Origin: Dicyema japonicum
Lineage: Eukaryota > Animalia > Dicyemida
DNA: 64,000 nucleotides
Direction of reading: 5' to 3'
NCBI GenBank assembly: GCA_011109175.1
Contig: RDEW01000032.1
Location: forward strand, 403,334-467,333
Numbering within the stretch: position 1 is the first letter of the stretch; every line of letters begins with the position of its first letter. Shown one piece after another: positions 24,301 through 38,560 of the stretch. The position numbers were made by a program, and so were the translations under genes. The notes under the pieces were generated by a model, which searched no databases, was not told where the DNA came from, and worked only from the letters and a program-made list of their open reading frames with translations.

Positions 24301-25099
24301 TACAAAATGATCTGATTCAGCGATGTCATTAAGTTGAACGGCTTTTTTAGTACGATAAACCCAAAATCCTCCTTTTGTCAGGTATTGTTCTTCTCAACAA
24401 GTTCAAGGCAGGTGCACAGCTTCGACAAAATGCAGAACAACCACGTCGTAGTTGTATTCTGTAACGGAAAACCTTCGAAGATTTAGTTAGTTGGATATGT
24501 CAAGGTTATTCTCTCGACGATATCTACTTCGTTTTTTAAAATGTCTGAAAATTTGTAGATTAATAGATGCATATTAGACACCTTCTGGAAACATTTAGGG
24601 TAGCTTTCCTTTTTTTCCGTTTGCTCCAGAACCAACGTCGACAAGATCATTAATTCACATTTCTGCCCAAAATCAACTAAAATGTTGAGGAAAGATTGGT
24701 CCACTACAAAACTAGACCTCTACCCAGTTCTGCAGAAAATAAGTTGAATTTTATAAATGTTGCTTTACTAGGTACAGAACAGCAGATAAAGCATGTCACG
24801 TGTGTGAAGATCCACAGTTTGGAAAAAATTGACCTTCTCTTAGATATATTTTCGTTCAATATGATTTCCCACAGAAAATTCATGAAAATGGGGTTAGCTT
24901 AAATTGTAATAATTAGTGAGTTGGCTTCCAACTTAACTCCCAATGTAAGGGAAAATAGACATTTATAGAATTAAAAAAAGTTTTCATTGAAATAAATAAT
25001 TCATGTTGAAGCTCTCATGTTATTATCATTCGTGACAGTCAGGGGATCATTTTGCGATAGCAATAACTTCCTTTTGTGTCAAGAGGTGGCATGTTAGTC

Positions 25100-25930
25100 G
25101 TTGGGAGTGATTATCTTTCATATTCCATTATCATCTTATTGGTGGGAAATCGGGAAGAAACCAAATATCAACATCAAATAATCCAACAAATACCCTGTCC
25201 CGAATTAACAAAGTTAACATAATGTTCACTACCTGATCGGTGATGAAATAATTCCTGGAAAACATGGGAATGAGTTTGTGTGTCAACCCAAGTACAGAAT
25301 GAAGTTAAGAATGACTTTATATCGATGTTTCTATCAATCATACTGCAGACCGAACCTACCTCGAAAACTGGTGGCTTCATCTTGCGAAAAAAAGTCTTTT
25401 ATTGGAAAATATGTTTCCTATTAAAAGAAATTAAACTTAAAGTTGTCTTTTCACTAAAAGCATTTTCTAGAAGCAATGAACGAGGAGAAAACTGTTATTT
25501 ATCCATAAAACAAGCAGCCATGTACTCTATAAATACACTAATGGTAATCTTCCAGCCTGAATGCGCTTTCAGATCGGGGATTAAATCTTTAATCTTCTGA
25601 CAGGATGATGTTTTTGAATAAAATTTTTGCTAGAATTCAACTTTGACGCTTGGACCTGCTTAATGTTGAATGTGACCATAAAATCGGAAAGACAAAGTAC
25701 ATCGTCATGTGGTTTATCGTTAGTGGTTTCAGGAGGATTATTAAAAAACAGTTTCTATTTTATTTAAATGATTTTATATAGAAATACGGACTACCTCACA
25801 TGAATGAAGAAATTAAATGGAGAAATATGATTATATGGGACATACTTCACATGAATGAGGAATTAACTGAGGGAATATGTTGGTTAAACATACTTTAGGG
25901 TTTGAACAGTTCATGCTTCCCTATCGTGTA
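25100..25930 (-). mobile_element. Probable Ty3/Gypsy pol remnant (RNase H to integrase)
   Basis: Weak, ordered remnants: KP..MFNQHIP, VHGCLFYG, RKMK...MIDRNID and HYVNFVNSGQGICWII. Confidence 0.4.
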
Positions 25931-27419
25931 GGTTGAGACGGGGACAAATGCTGTTGTTTTGATTGATCTTCTCCAAAAAATCCAGAGAAATCTCAAGCCG
26001 TTTGTTTAAAAATTTAATGTGTAATTTGTTTGACTACATTTAGATCCTCAAATTCATACTTCTGCAAAAATAGTTTGGCCTAAATAAAGAGAAATATTAA
26101 AGATTCAAAGCAGAAATTAAAGATCTCTTCAATAAAACAGATATTATCCATTGCGGAATCAACCGAGCGTAAATATTTGACTGAAAAGTCTGAAAGCATC
26201 ACTTAAATTCTTGTTTAAATTTTGATCATAATTAGTGCTTGTAATTAATGAAGGTCTTTTTTTCCGAATTAACTTCGATTGAATCTACGACCTACCATAA
26301 TATTAGGTTGTTGGTGAAGTATAGTTATACATCACCGACTGGGAAATCTAGAAAAAGATGCTCCGAGAGAAATAAAGTTTCTGGGAGTGGTGTTAGATTC
26401 GTTTTGTCTTAAAACTGTGCATATTTGTAGGAGAGGGTTATTTAGAATGACGAGGAATTAAATCTCTAACTAGACACACTCCCCTCGTTTATACAATTTA
26501 CCATCGGTAGATCAACCAAATTCTTGTCATTTAAATCCCCGTACACGATCACCTTCTTCAGAGTCAAGATCCAAGAAAGATTAGGTTAGTATCCTTTCGA
26601 CCATCTAGGTTACTTAATTATTTATTTAAATCCCTAGACTACCAAAAAAGTATTAACTCAATAATTTGGTGATCCCAGCCTCAACATCTCTCGAATACTC
26701 TTCGAATTCTCCCAGCGATTTAACTGCACAACAGAAGTATTTTCTTTTATGTCTGCAGATAACTTCTATTGGATTCTATAAGTTTTTGGAAGCTAAAATT
26801 TTTCCACTTCAATCTAAGAATAATATATGAGGATGACCTGGATTTTGTTTTCTAGGAAATCAATGGTATCAGAATTGCAAGTAACTCTTTCTCCTCTATT
26901 AATTGCGATTTCTGATTTGCGTAGTCGTTAATTGATACGTCCTTACAAATGTTCATGTCTTCTGATGGTGACATAGATATGTTTAGTTCAGAATAAGAGT
27001 TAATCATGGTATCCAAATAAAAAGGAAGACAAATGTGAGCTCAATTCTATTTCTGATGTTACAGAATGACTTATTAACAGTTGCTAGAATACTTAGTAAT
27101 AGAAAAGTACAGGTATATCACTTTAACAGCTGACCTAATTTCACTATTCCGATTAGATTGTAGATTATATTCATTACAACATGATGAATTGGAGGTTAAA
27201 AGATAAATTTTCAGTTTTCTATGAAAGTTTATCAGACATTGTTTCCAAGAATTCTCTTTTTTTACCACAAGATCACCAGATTAGAAATAGTTAAAAGTTA
27301 ACTACTAACTAAATATCCCGGTTTTCCGTGTTTTGGCTCTCGTTCGGGTCCTCAAAGTTCCAACAGAATTAATAAAAACGGGGACGGTCTCATTCTCCAT
27401 AGATTCCCCTCATTTTCTA

Positions 27420-27983
27420 GATATTTGACAAAGCTATTAATTTGCTACGTCCCAGTAGTGCTTGTGGTCCCGACGGTGTTTGCACTATTCACCTCAAACA
27501 CCTTTGACCTCAGGCACGGGCCATCTATCAAGACTGTACAACAAATCTATCAACTACCATACGGTACCTAAATATATGGAAAAACTCTCTGATTACGCCA
27601 ATTCTAAAGCCTTGAAAACCAAAAGACGTTCCCTCTTCTTACCGCCCATCTCAATTACTTGTGTTTTATCAAAAGTGCTGGAAAAGCTTGTATTAATGCG
27701 CATCTCTCCTGTTCTACATCTACCAGAATTTCAACATGGTTTCAGAACAGACAATTCTACAGCGATTCATTTGGGTTCTATCTCTCAGTTTACTACTGAC
27801 AGCTTTAACATGAGAACACAGTTACGGACGGCCCTAAAATCTATCGATTTACAGAAGGCCTATGATTCTGTTTCGAAGAAACTCATAACGCAAAAAATTT
27901 TTAATTCCAACTTACATCCGAACATCAAGCTATGGCTGGAAAAATTAATACAAAATTACTTCAAAAGGTCACCAAAATTTTGA
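27420..27983 (+). mobile_element. Jockey-like RT fragment
   Basis: PISITCVLSKVLEKLV...FQHGFR...IDLQKAYDSV (ORF 27462-27983). Confidence 0.85.
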
Positions 27984-28679
27984 AACAAAGATTAAAAATA
28001 GTGCTAGTAAATGCTTGATCGCTAAGGAAAAGGCATAATGAACTAGTATTACTTTCTAGTGCCTCCAAGACCGACATCTTGGTGGTCAATGAGATGAAAT
28101 AAAGAAATCGAAGTGTATAAATTGACGGGATACAATTCCGTGGACGTTTTATGGAAGGCTTGAGCAGTTTCTGTAGGGGAAGGTATATTATCTACCGCGA
28201 CTGCCTCAGAATTCGTAATCCAAAAGTCCTTTGTCATTTATTGTGTGATTTTGTTTCAGGGTGTTGATCCGTGGAGTTTGACACCGGATAACAAAAGAAG
28301 TTATGGCAATACATTTAAATACTCCGACAAGGAATATTCTTAAGAAATTTGGACGCTTGACTCTCTCAAAGACAATTGTGTTCATATAATTGAATTCCTT
28401 GAATATCTTGAGAAAGAACTAAGTGACAATTATATGGACAGGGATCAAAACTAAATAAATTAATTGGGATAATGCTCACGTCATTCATAAATCTAAGGAA
28501 ACCTATCCGTTCTTTACAACCCACAATATTCGATTCATTTCCTATTCGTTTTTTTTAAATAAAATTATTCTTTCCGAGTCAAGAGTAGAGATGTGTGATT
28601 CAGTTGGCCAACCAGGAAATTATTATCATAATAAATTTGAATTAATTAAAACCAATTTTTATTTCCGAAAAAGAACCGA

Positions 28680-29500
28680 TTAAGTTAGTAAAATGTTAGT
28701 AACTCCGCAAAAGCCCATTACATTGTACTTGTTCGCAATGGCACTGCAGTCTGAAATAACATTATTAATTACATGTTTTACTTTTCTGCTTGCCGTATCG
28801 TCTAAATATATTACTTTCGAACATATACATGTTATTATTTTGGCAGAAACATGTATTATATAAGTATTGATACCTATGATAAATATAATATCATACGCCT
28901 CTGCATCACCGAATGAATCCATGCACACAATGACACTACATTATTATTAAAAATACTTATTAATTCAGCATAATCGGAACTAATTCTAAATTCTTGAATA
29001 ACCTCTATTCTCTGTGGAAAGACACTACATAAATTAAAAAAAATTACATTCGTGAAGTGATGTTAAATGTTCGGCAAAATCAATTGCGATGTATAGAGGG
29101 AATTGCATCGTCCCAAATACCTATTAATTTAATAATATATATAACAAAGAATAAATAGTAGATGGAAAAGTATTATTGACTACATATTTTAAACTTTCTT
29201 CCAACAGTAACTATAATAAGTAATATTTAATACAAATCCTTCACTTTCGATCGTATAATAGAAAAATTGAAACCATGTTCAAATGTAATGTTTTGAGTTT
29301 GTAAAAATATTATTTTAGAATCAACTTGTAGGCCAGAAAATGTACAGTTAATCAAATATCTCAATAATTAATATATAATACAGAAATCGCACCTGATTTA
29401 TTTCTTGACAATTTTTCTGTGTCAAAATCCCAAATGGAAGGTATAAGATGATGAAATTGAACATCTATAGGATTAAATACAAAAATGATGAATATACTAG
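28680..29500 (-). pseudogene. Probable intron-dense host gene or pseudogene, product unknown
   Basis: At least eight AT-rich 21-27 nt GT-AG blocks separate short coding-like segments. The 3' part splices in frame (VFPQRIEVIQEFRISSDYAELI/MSLCAWIHSVMQR/RINTYIIHVSAKIIT/YDTASRKVKH/TAVPLRTSTM*). The upstream part needs a 15-nt intron and still contains a TGA. Confidence 0.45.
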
Positions 29501-29699
29501 TAACCACAAGAAATTAAAATTATTACATGATTTACAGTCGTCATAATTAATTTTAATTTTATTAAAATATAATAAATAATAAAGCCTTTTCACGAGAGCC
29601 ATAGTATTTATATAGCTCCGCATAGGCAGGACACACACTTTATTTAAGTAAGAACAGTTAATTTTAACTAATCGTAGAACCAAGGAATGTCTTCACTTC

Positions 29700-29892
29700 T
29701 TTTTTTTTTTTTTCTTGTGTGAGTGTCCTTTTCTAGACAAATCCAGTTCCGCAGTGAGTATCACTGATGACGGCGTCACTCGTCAACCATTTCTGCATCG
29801 TAGATGCGTGAACCTTCCACCAGTGAACAGCAGCAGATTCGAACTCGTAGCCTAAGCCACTTAAGCCGACATCTAACCTAAGCACCCGGCTT
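29700..29892 (-). mobile_element. tRNA-derived SINE, best-preserved copy with poly(A) tail
   Basis: B-box GAGTTCGAATC, shared body (gcatctacgatg...gacgagtgacgccgtcatcagtgatac), and an A14 tail (T-run 29700-29713). Confidence 0.75.
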
Positions 29893-30199
29893 ATTAAATA
29901 AAGTGTTGATTAAATAATAAAATTAAAAAATAATTTAATTAAATTCACACAATTAACATGGTTTTCCGATTTGTTTAATAATTTTACTATAAAATTAAAT
30001 AAATTTGTCAAAAATGTCTAATAACTTTGCCTTAATGTTTAGTAACTTTATCAAATGTTAAAAATTGTGTCAAAAGTTTAATAGCTTTTGAATAATGTTT
30101 AATTACAGGTCAATTTGCGCGAAAATCAAATTTTAAGTGAATCTGAAAAGAGGCTACACACATTGACACTTCAGAAGGTGACTCACAATAACTAATCCT

Positions 30200-31450
30200 C
30201 TTGTTGTTTATCTGAAGCTTCTCTTCGTAATCTGAGAGCTAAAAATTGTCTACTTCTATCTAGGAAATAAGATATGCGGATGACCTCGATTTTGGTTTTG
30301 AAGTATGATGATATCTAATTCTTTTTTAGACAAGAGTACTGCAGGGTAATTGAAATTATTTTTTCAGACAAGAGTACTGCAATGTAATTTAATTGGTCTA
30401 ATTTTGGAAGATTATACGTGAAGTTAACACAAAGCAGTATGAAGTAGTTAGCCTGAGTATGATGGGAGAATCTTTTGCCTCTTTTAGAATCAAATAGATG
30501 ATATTGTTCTAAGTAACGAATTATCATCATTCGCATTCTCGAATTGGTTTTATGTGAAATATAAAAAGTGATCTTTTGATGACAAAATTATTTTTCTGTG
30601 CGATTTTGGCTACAGATTGATCTATCAGGACTGAAAGATTTTCAACCTCCGATGTTCTTTTACTTGAAAATAAAAAATAGGTCATATTTCTCCTTGACAG
30701 TAAAATTAGGTCAACTGTTAAGTAATTTAACTATATTTGATGACTATATATGCTATTAGTATCCTTACTCTTATTTGCAACCAAATGTGTATTCCATAGT
30801 TTATACTGACCTTATCCCTCACTTTTATTTCTGGATCTGTGGACGTTAAAAAGGATATTTCCTTAATGATCTAAATGACCGAATTAATCTGAAAACTCAT
30901 TAAGATTTGTTTTTGAAAAAGAAAGATTTTCTTGAGAGCAATATGATGTTAGAAGGTCTGCTTCAAAACGACTAAAAATTACTCAACAAATGCTTGGTTG
31001 AATGTTTATCAATGTAGTAAAATTGGCAACGTTTTGACAACGAGGCAGTGAGAAAGCTGCCTCGCTCTGTTTTGACCTAAATTTTGTGTTAATGAAAATG
31101 CATTTGTGAACGCTGAATCGATGATTATCATCCTTTTAGCAAATTTAGCAGGTCCCCTACATGATGTCACACTTGACATTAAAAATGCACTTTCTATGCT
31201 GGCCACAACTAGTTTCTTCTTTGAGATGGCAACGCCCCGAAGGAATAACAATATTCCCATTCGATAATGGTCGAAACATGGCTTAGTACGTTACACATGT
31301 TAAAAAAGACTCTCCAACAAATTTGGGTGATTTTCATTTATGACAACGAAGATCATTAATATCGCCTAGGATCTCGTGGGACTGATTGTTTTGAGATCGT
31401 ATCTTGAAAGGTAAAATACCTGGCTATTGAAGTCGCTCAATATAATAATT
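30200..31450 (+). repeat. Composite block, copy 1: RTE RT snippet, unidentified segment, CRE 3' end
   Basis: YADDLDF-type snippet at ~30270 and RPEGITIFPFDNG at ~31235. It is homologous along its length to 31915-33025. Confidence 0.85.
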
Positions 31451-31914
31451 AATTTTACTAATTGAAGTTATGATTTGCTAAAATGCCGACAATTAAAAAT
31501 TCATGGGACAATACTGCAGGGAGATTCTTTATCTCGTAAACTTGATGCGTTCGGGTAACTCATGATTCTACTAATGAACATGAAATCTATGTTGATTTTT
31601 GTCATATTTCTATCAGCCTTGAAGTTGGGTTCGTTAGATTCCTCATGGGAGTTGTTCAGATTCAATACTGTCTGAAAAGTAAATAGAGGGAAGGAATTCT
31701 GTCTTATCTGTATTTTTATTTAAAATTTGACTCCAGTAGAGAAACAAAATAATAAAATTGTCATTGTCAGGTTTTTGTCTGATAATGATTAGGGTCATAC
31801 TTTGGAATATATCTTAGATATATTATAGTTGAAAGCAACTCATGTAAAAATGGACCGAGTAACTCCCGTTTGATATTTTTTGCCTTTCTCAATTTTATCA
31901 ACACCAATCCTTTT

Positions 31915-33025
31915 GTTGTCTATCTGGAAGCTGTTCTTGTAATTTTAGAGCTAAAGATTGTCCTACTTCTATCTAGGAATTAAATATGCGGATGACCTGG
32001 ATTTTGGTTTTGAAGTATGATGATATCTAATTCTTTTTCAAACAAGAGTACTGAGGGTAATTGAAATTATTTTTTTATGGCAAGAGTACTGCAAGGTAAT
32101 TTAATTGGTCTAATTTTGGAGGATTAGACGTGAAATTAACACAAAGCAGTATGAAGTAGTTAGCCTGAGTATGATAAGAGAATCTTTTGCCTTCTTTAGA
32201 ATCAAATAGATGATATTGTTCTAAGTAACGAATGACCAACATTCGCTCTCTCAAATTGATTTTTATGTGAAATATTAAAAAATCGAATAAATTGATCGTT
32301 TGATGATAAAATTATTTTTCTGTGCGATTTTTGCTACAGATTGATCTATCAGGACCAAAAGATTTTCAACATCCTATGTTCTTTTCTATTTGACAAGGAG
32401 AAATAGGTCATATTTTCTTGACAGTAAAATTAGGTCAACTGTTAAAGTAATTTTAAATATATTTGATGACTATATATGCTATTAGTATCCTTACTCTTAT
32501 TTGCAACCAAATGTGGATTCCATAATATATTGACCTTACCTTCATTCTTATTTCTAAATCTGTGGACGTTAAAAAGGATATTTCCTTAATGATCTAAATG
32601 ACCGAATTATTCTGAAATCTCATTAAGATGTGTTTTGAAAAAGAAAGAGTTTCTTGAGAGCAATATGATGCTAGAAGGTCTGCTTCAAGATGACATAAAT
32701 TATTCAATAAATGCTTGTTTGAATGTATATTCATGTGATAAAATTAGCAACCTTCTGACGACGAAGCAGTGAGAATAGCTGCCTCGCTCTGTCTTAACCT
32801 AAATTTTGTGTTAAATGAAAATATCCTCGAGGACGGTGGATCGATGGTTATCATCTTTTAAACTAATTCATGGCTGTTCCCCTACATGATGTCACAAGTT
32901 GACATTAAAAATGCACTTTCTATGCTGGCCACAACTAGTTTCTTTTTTGCGATGGCAACTCCTCGAAGAGATAACAATATTCCCATTCGATAATGGTGGA
33001 AACAAAGATTGGTGCGTTACACGTG
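31915..33025 (+). repeat. Composite block, copy 2 (diverged direct repeat of 30200-31290)
   Basis: Long colinear shared strings, e.g. gatatctaattctttt, gcagtatgaagtagttagcctgagtatgat and aaaaatgcactttctatgctggccacaactagtttc. Confidence 0.9.
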
Positions 33026-33039
33026 TTAAAAACACTGTA

Positions 33040-33950
33040 AAAAACGAATAATCATCGAAGACAAAAATGGCAAGATATTACTGAATGCTGAATTGCAAGC
33101 GGAGGTAATTGCAACACATAATGCACTCCATTCACCTCCGACCGTCGGTCCAAAGAAGGACCATAAATCTTCACCGGACATACTCGAATACCTGTCAAAG
33201 GAAAACCCTCAATCCTAAAAATGACTTACGACAGGCAGCTTAATTTTACCTACCATGCCAAAAAAGTTCTCGCCAAAGGACTGCAGAAAATAAATGTCAC
33301 ACGGCTCTTAGCCAGAAGACCCCAGTAAATATAAATGAAACAATCGGAATTATATATCGTCAGACAATTGCACATAGACCGAGTTTCCGCGTCACCGACA
33401 TATTACACTTCCAAAAACACTTGATGTAGATCTAAAGCTTATGAAAAAAAGTCCAAAAGTGGAAACGATTTGGCAAGTTGAGAAACTGTCCTACGATCGA
33501 AGAAATTAGAAAGAAGTTAGTTCGGAAGATTGTCTCGAGTGTTGCACGAGTGTACTTTCATGTCATAGAATTGCAACATGAAAAAGTAAACAGCAGCGTA
33601 CCCTCCTTTACTGTCCCTGTTGCAACAAACTCTGATAGTCCATTTAATCGTCTCCCCCTCTAAGACAACTCCCAATCTATGTCTCCGTTGAATGTTCCAT
33701 GGTTGTCAGGGAAATCGGTAAAAAAACTAACTACTGGACTAAAAATCACCGAATTTACATATGAAAGCAAATCTAACAAAATCACCAAGAAACTAATCGT
33801 CATTCAATAAAAACTCCAGTTTCTCAATACAATTTTCAAGGTCAATATATGACCATTATTATCACTGAGTTCAAGCGAATTCTAGGTGATCACAAAGACA
33901 GCCTGAGAGGCTATTTCCACCACCTCATTTACTTCATTGTCAGAAGGTTG
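33040..33950 (+). mobile_element. Degraded jockey-like LINE segment
   Basis: Weak similarity only (DSPFN, RGY.P.S-like remnants), with many stops. Confidence 0.3.
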
Positions 33951-34489
33951 GCATTCTGTAGTATATTTGTCGCCTTCTTTATCACACGGGAGGGCCACGT
34001 GGTTGGGGATCGTAAAATTGACGAAATTGAGTTCATAGGTAACAGAATTGTAAAAAATGATCGAAAAATGAAGTCGTCCATTGACTCAATAAATTTGTTG
34101 TAGGCATTCTCGATAAAGCCAGTCCAATCCTTCTCGCAAATGTTCTTATTCGGTTACTTTGATTAAGTACCTCTTTTCTAATGGGGGAGTAAGTTATTTT
34201 TCTGGTTATCGGGTTCTTCTATCGTTATTTGAACCGCTATTAGGGTAAGAAATCAAATTTACCTTCTTTCATGAGATCTATGGGGATAAATCCGAAGAAC
34301 CTATGTTCATATATATTAAAGTTGTCATACAAATTTCGATTAATGAAAAGACAACAAAAGACAATAAATTAAATAAACTCTCGCTAATTTATTTTCGATA
34401 TTAATTATTAATTTATAAATAATAATTTTAATTTTTTTATAAGGATTTCGGATTTATTGCTATTCTCAAAGATTGTGACCAGAAGCAAT

Positions 34490-34900
34490 AGGCAAGGTTT
34501 TCTGCTTTAATGTAAGGAACCGGGAAGTGCACTCTTTATTTCATGCAAGCACGTACCTGTAACATATGCATACCCTTCTCCGTCTTTGAAGCGATCACCA
34601 TGTAGCTTATCATCTTCGAATATCCACAAAGCGTTTTCTCCGTCTTAGCCGGTTATACTTTCTTTCACCTCCTTGATCCTCTGTCCTGTCGATCTCCAAA
34701 AGTTTTCGATCAGGACCTCAGTATTCTTTATTTCCTGGGGAGTAGATTTCACTTCCCACCATAGCACAATATAGGACTTTTTCCGAGCTCCAGAGCTATT
34801 GCTATGGCGATATCGGATTTACCAGTTCCAGGGGATAAGCCAGGAGCACTGCTCGACCACTAATTTCCTTACTTTGATTGTATCGACAATGATCTTTCAT
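34490..34900 (-). pseudogene. RUVBL1: RuvB-like 1 (pontin) AAA+ fragment, frameshifted
   Basis: IVDTIK..K.SGRAVLLA.PPGTGKSDIAIAIALELG.KVLYCAMVGSEIYS.EIKNTEVLIENFWRSTGQRIKEVKE...GYSKMISYMVIASKTEKG matches RUVBL1 Walker A and the downstream region, with several frameshifts. Confidence 0.88.
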
Positions 34901-37900
34901 GCCTGAGTTATTTAAAAATAGTTACTTCACGTGCTTACGTCTACCCAAAGAGAGCCGGAATAGATTCAATAGCATTTCAGGGATCTCCACGAATAATAAT
35001 GGTCATGGAATCTTGATTACCCGTGGTCAACTGTTTTTTTGCCAACAGGAGCTCGATTTGTTGTTGTTTTATATTTCACAATACAAATTAGATTTACATG
35101 ACATTTCATTCAAAAATGAAACCAAAGGTACTCAACTTGTTTTTTTAAATTCTAACAATATTCCCATTTCTCCTTGATATGATGATCTTCGAGTTATCTC
35201 TGGCGAGTTATCACAGATCTCCGGCGTACGTGTAGCTCTAGTTTTAATCTTACATTTAACAATACAAGAGCAAAGATGATTACTTCCAAAAACATGAATT
35301 TCCAATAACAACTGAGGTTCCGTTTTTTTGCAAAAACTAGAATTGTTGCGATTGAAAAGTCGATAAAATGTCCCTCAAAGTCATAACTGCGAAAATGAGT
35401 ATTCAACTCTCAATACTGTGTAAGATGGGAGTGCATTGAATTAGCAGTATTTAAAGACAAAAAATTTTACGCATTCTAACTTACCTAGATAACAGAATAG
35501 AGTTTAGTTAGGAAACAGAATATATAGCATGATTAGCCATCTATTTGACACTTTTATTGAAATTATGAGTTATTATTATAAAAGTGTAAGTTTTGTCGTG
35601 AAATATATTTTACAAGTGTTACTTAGAAAGCTTAACCAATTATTTGGACGATATGTAGAATCATATTCTATCATCTTATACTATCTCTGGAACCTGTGGG
35701 TCTTGATGCTGGTTACGGATTACTTGTCTGCATTGGTAAGTCTTTGTTTCTGTGATATTAGGAACTGGATACAATCACTTAGTGAATTGTTAACTTTCTC
35801 TTTGTATCCAGAGTACTAATAATTTCAACTTTTTAATCGATAGGAACTCTATCCTGTCAATATGAAAGTCATTGAACTTGGTGCCGATTTTGAAACCAGG
35901 ACGCCCAAAGGAGTTTCGACTTCGTTCAGATCGATATCTTCATTTGTGTTTGAAAAAAATCATAAAAAAGCCGATTCTTGAACAAAGAAACCTTACTATC
36001 AGTTGTATCTTTCCAAAACGTGTAAAATTTATATGCAAAAATTTTTGTGGATGAGTGGTTACTCAAGTTAGGATCGTTTGAAACAAATTTAAAATACAAG
36101 ATATTCAATATATGAAGTCTTTAGTTCTGCGAACGTGTCTTAAAATAACTATAATGGTGAGTTGGACTTTAAGTGCTGTTGATCGATACTCATTGATTAA
36201 GGACTGTTCATGGATTATATTTGGCAGGTACTCGTTTCATGATGAAAGTGGGAAAAAATTCCAGCGGCATTGATATTCCTCATGGTGACTCACATTTAAA
36301 TGGACGAGGAATCTTTGACTATATTATTTTTCTGTAGATGTTAAAAGAGGGAGTTTATAAGAGTAATGGAAAGAGTTTACGAAAAATCGAGACTGTTGAT
36401 TAAAGGTTTGTGTTATTCATATTGTTAGTTGTATTGATAGGTTGACAGGGGAGTAATTGTGGTTTTTTCAGTTGCCAGATTGAAACTGGTACAAAATTAT
36501 GACAACGTGAATTATTAATTTATAAACCCCGGGATCATCGAGAAAGAAAGACAAAGTAAAGTCAACTAGTTAGGTGATCCCAGTTCCTGCAACCAAACGT
36601 GCCATCCTAAGCTTGTGCGTCTCCATTGTTCCTACTGTCGAACGAAAATGCATTCTTTGATCCTTGTAGAGGAAGCCGATTGGGGGAGGAAATTTCTTAG
36701 CCAACCGATTTTATTTTGCGTGGAACAGTGAGAGCCTTAGTGGGTGTCCATCTTCCTCGTAAATCCGTAGAAATCCGTTACCACATCTACGAGTTGTAGA
36801 TTGAATGGTTAACGTGGTGTCACTTATTCCGGAAAGGAACGAGAGTCAATAACTTCTCCCCACCTCTTGGGGGTTCCCGCAAGCTACTTGGAATATTGAT
36901 GTGGATTATTGACTTTTTGAACAAAATTTTAATATTTTTAAATTTTTTTTATTTTAATAGAATTAAATGTTAGGATTTTAAATATTTTTATTTCAATAAT
37001 CTATAAGTTACTATGTCTGACGATCTGGAAAGTAAAATGAATCAAAATAGAATCACAAAATATTAAGTACGTGTGTAATTAATACCAGCAAGTAGTTGTG
37101 GTTTTTCCCTTGTCTCGATCAAACTCAAACAAGGCGCTAACAAATTAGTTCTAAAGTCGAGGAAATAAAATAAGTGATTTATAATTAAAATTGATTTAAT
37201 CAATCAGTCCAGACGGTATTCAAATCTCAGCACGAGACCCGACGCAATCGAGGCCTTTACACAACACTTCAATTAATCGGAACACCATCCCTACCGACCT
37301 AAAATTTTCCAATGTTGTCCCTATCGTGAAACATGGGGGATCATAGGATTCTGTAGAAAGTCGTATAAATGCTTATTTCGAGCTACCTATGCTGACGAAA
37401 AAGAATGTTCTTATCAAAATCTTTCGTGTCAGTCTCTGTTATCACACTGTCACCTAATATTTTCAAATTATCCCTTTCAGCCATACGAAGTCGACGAAAT
37501 ACCTTTATTTATCTACAGTGGCTGAATTTTGCATTCAGGATCAATGCTCATAGACAACCATACTTGAAGATCTGTTAGAATTTTTAAACACGTGCTTATA
37601 ACCTTTTTGACTACAAGCTTTGAAAAATCATGCACACTCTCTTCACGTCGAAAGAAATCCCGCTGAAGTATTTAGAACTCCATTAGAATATTGGGAGTTA
37701 TTCTGCTACTAATGACTTATGAACAACACGTGAATAATTTGTTTTTTGCCATAAAACTCAACTTTTGAAGGTTCTCATTCAAAAATACAATAGCTCTCTC
37801 TTCTAAACGTTAGATTCCTTATATGATCAGTATATTGAGTCAATCGTCAACTACTGTGGTGTCCATGGAGTACTAACTTTGCAAAAATGTCCCTAAAAGA

Positions 37901-38560
37901 ATCAAGGACTTCAATTCCTCATTAATGGGAACTCTTAAAAAGTTAACTTTTTCCATAGTAGACTTTAACTTCTAATACTTTTGATTCGAAATAATGAAGG
38001 AATTCAAAAAAACAGTTTATAACTGAAATTATATTGCTTTTTTCCTTCCAGAGCAATGAGAACTTAAATAAGTGGTATCGAAGAAAAGTCATAACAATAT
38101 AAATTGCCGGAATACTATGATGACGAGTTTTCGAAGATCACCAATCACACGTATATCAAAACATTGGTCAATACTCCGTTTTGGAAAGTATTCTCATTAC
38201 TCTGGTGTGTTTTCAAAAATGGAGGTAGTATTATTAGAATGCTATTAGCCTAAAAATTTGAGGGAGTATCTACGAGGAAATAAAATTGTCACTAAACTAA
38301 ATTAAAAAATTATGAACATTTGGCTTCTATTTGACTACGAATAAGTCCACGAATACAAAATCGTATGTCCTATGTGAAATTGTAAGTATGGGTCCACGTA
38401 CGCCTAAGGGGTTGAGTTGAGTGCTCCTTAAATAGAGTAGAAAATTATTTTTTGTTTTCAAAGTTTAGTGACCGCGAAAGATCACAATAAAGGTCAGAAA
38501 GAATACAGTATACTTTTTAAATTTGGAAAATTATAAGAAATTTTTATAGAAATAAAAAAT

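Noticed and set aside
21900-24900. Possible Helitron, Tc1 or LTR remnants in this interval
   Set aside because: Only vague two- to four-residue resemblances; I could not support any family assignment without a search.
28680-28928. Piwi-domain resemblance of track ORF (IIGINTY)
   Set aside because: The motif is formed partly by reading through a probable intron (28874-28896), and no other Piwi motifs follow.
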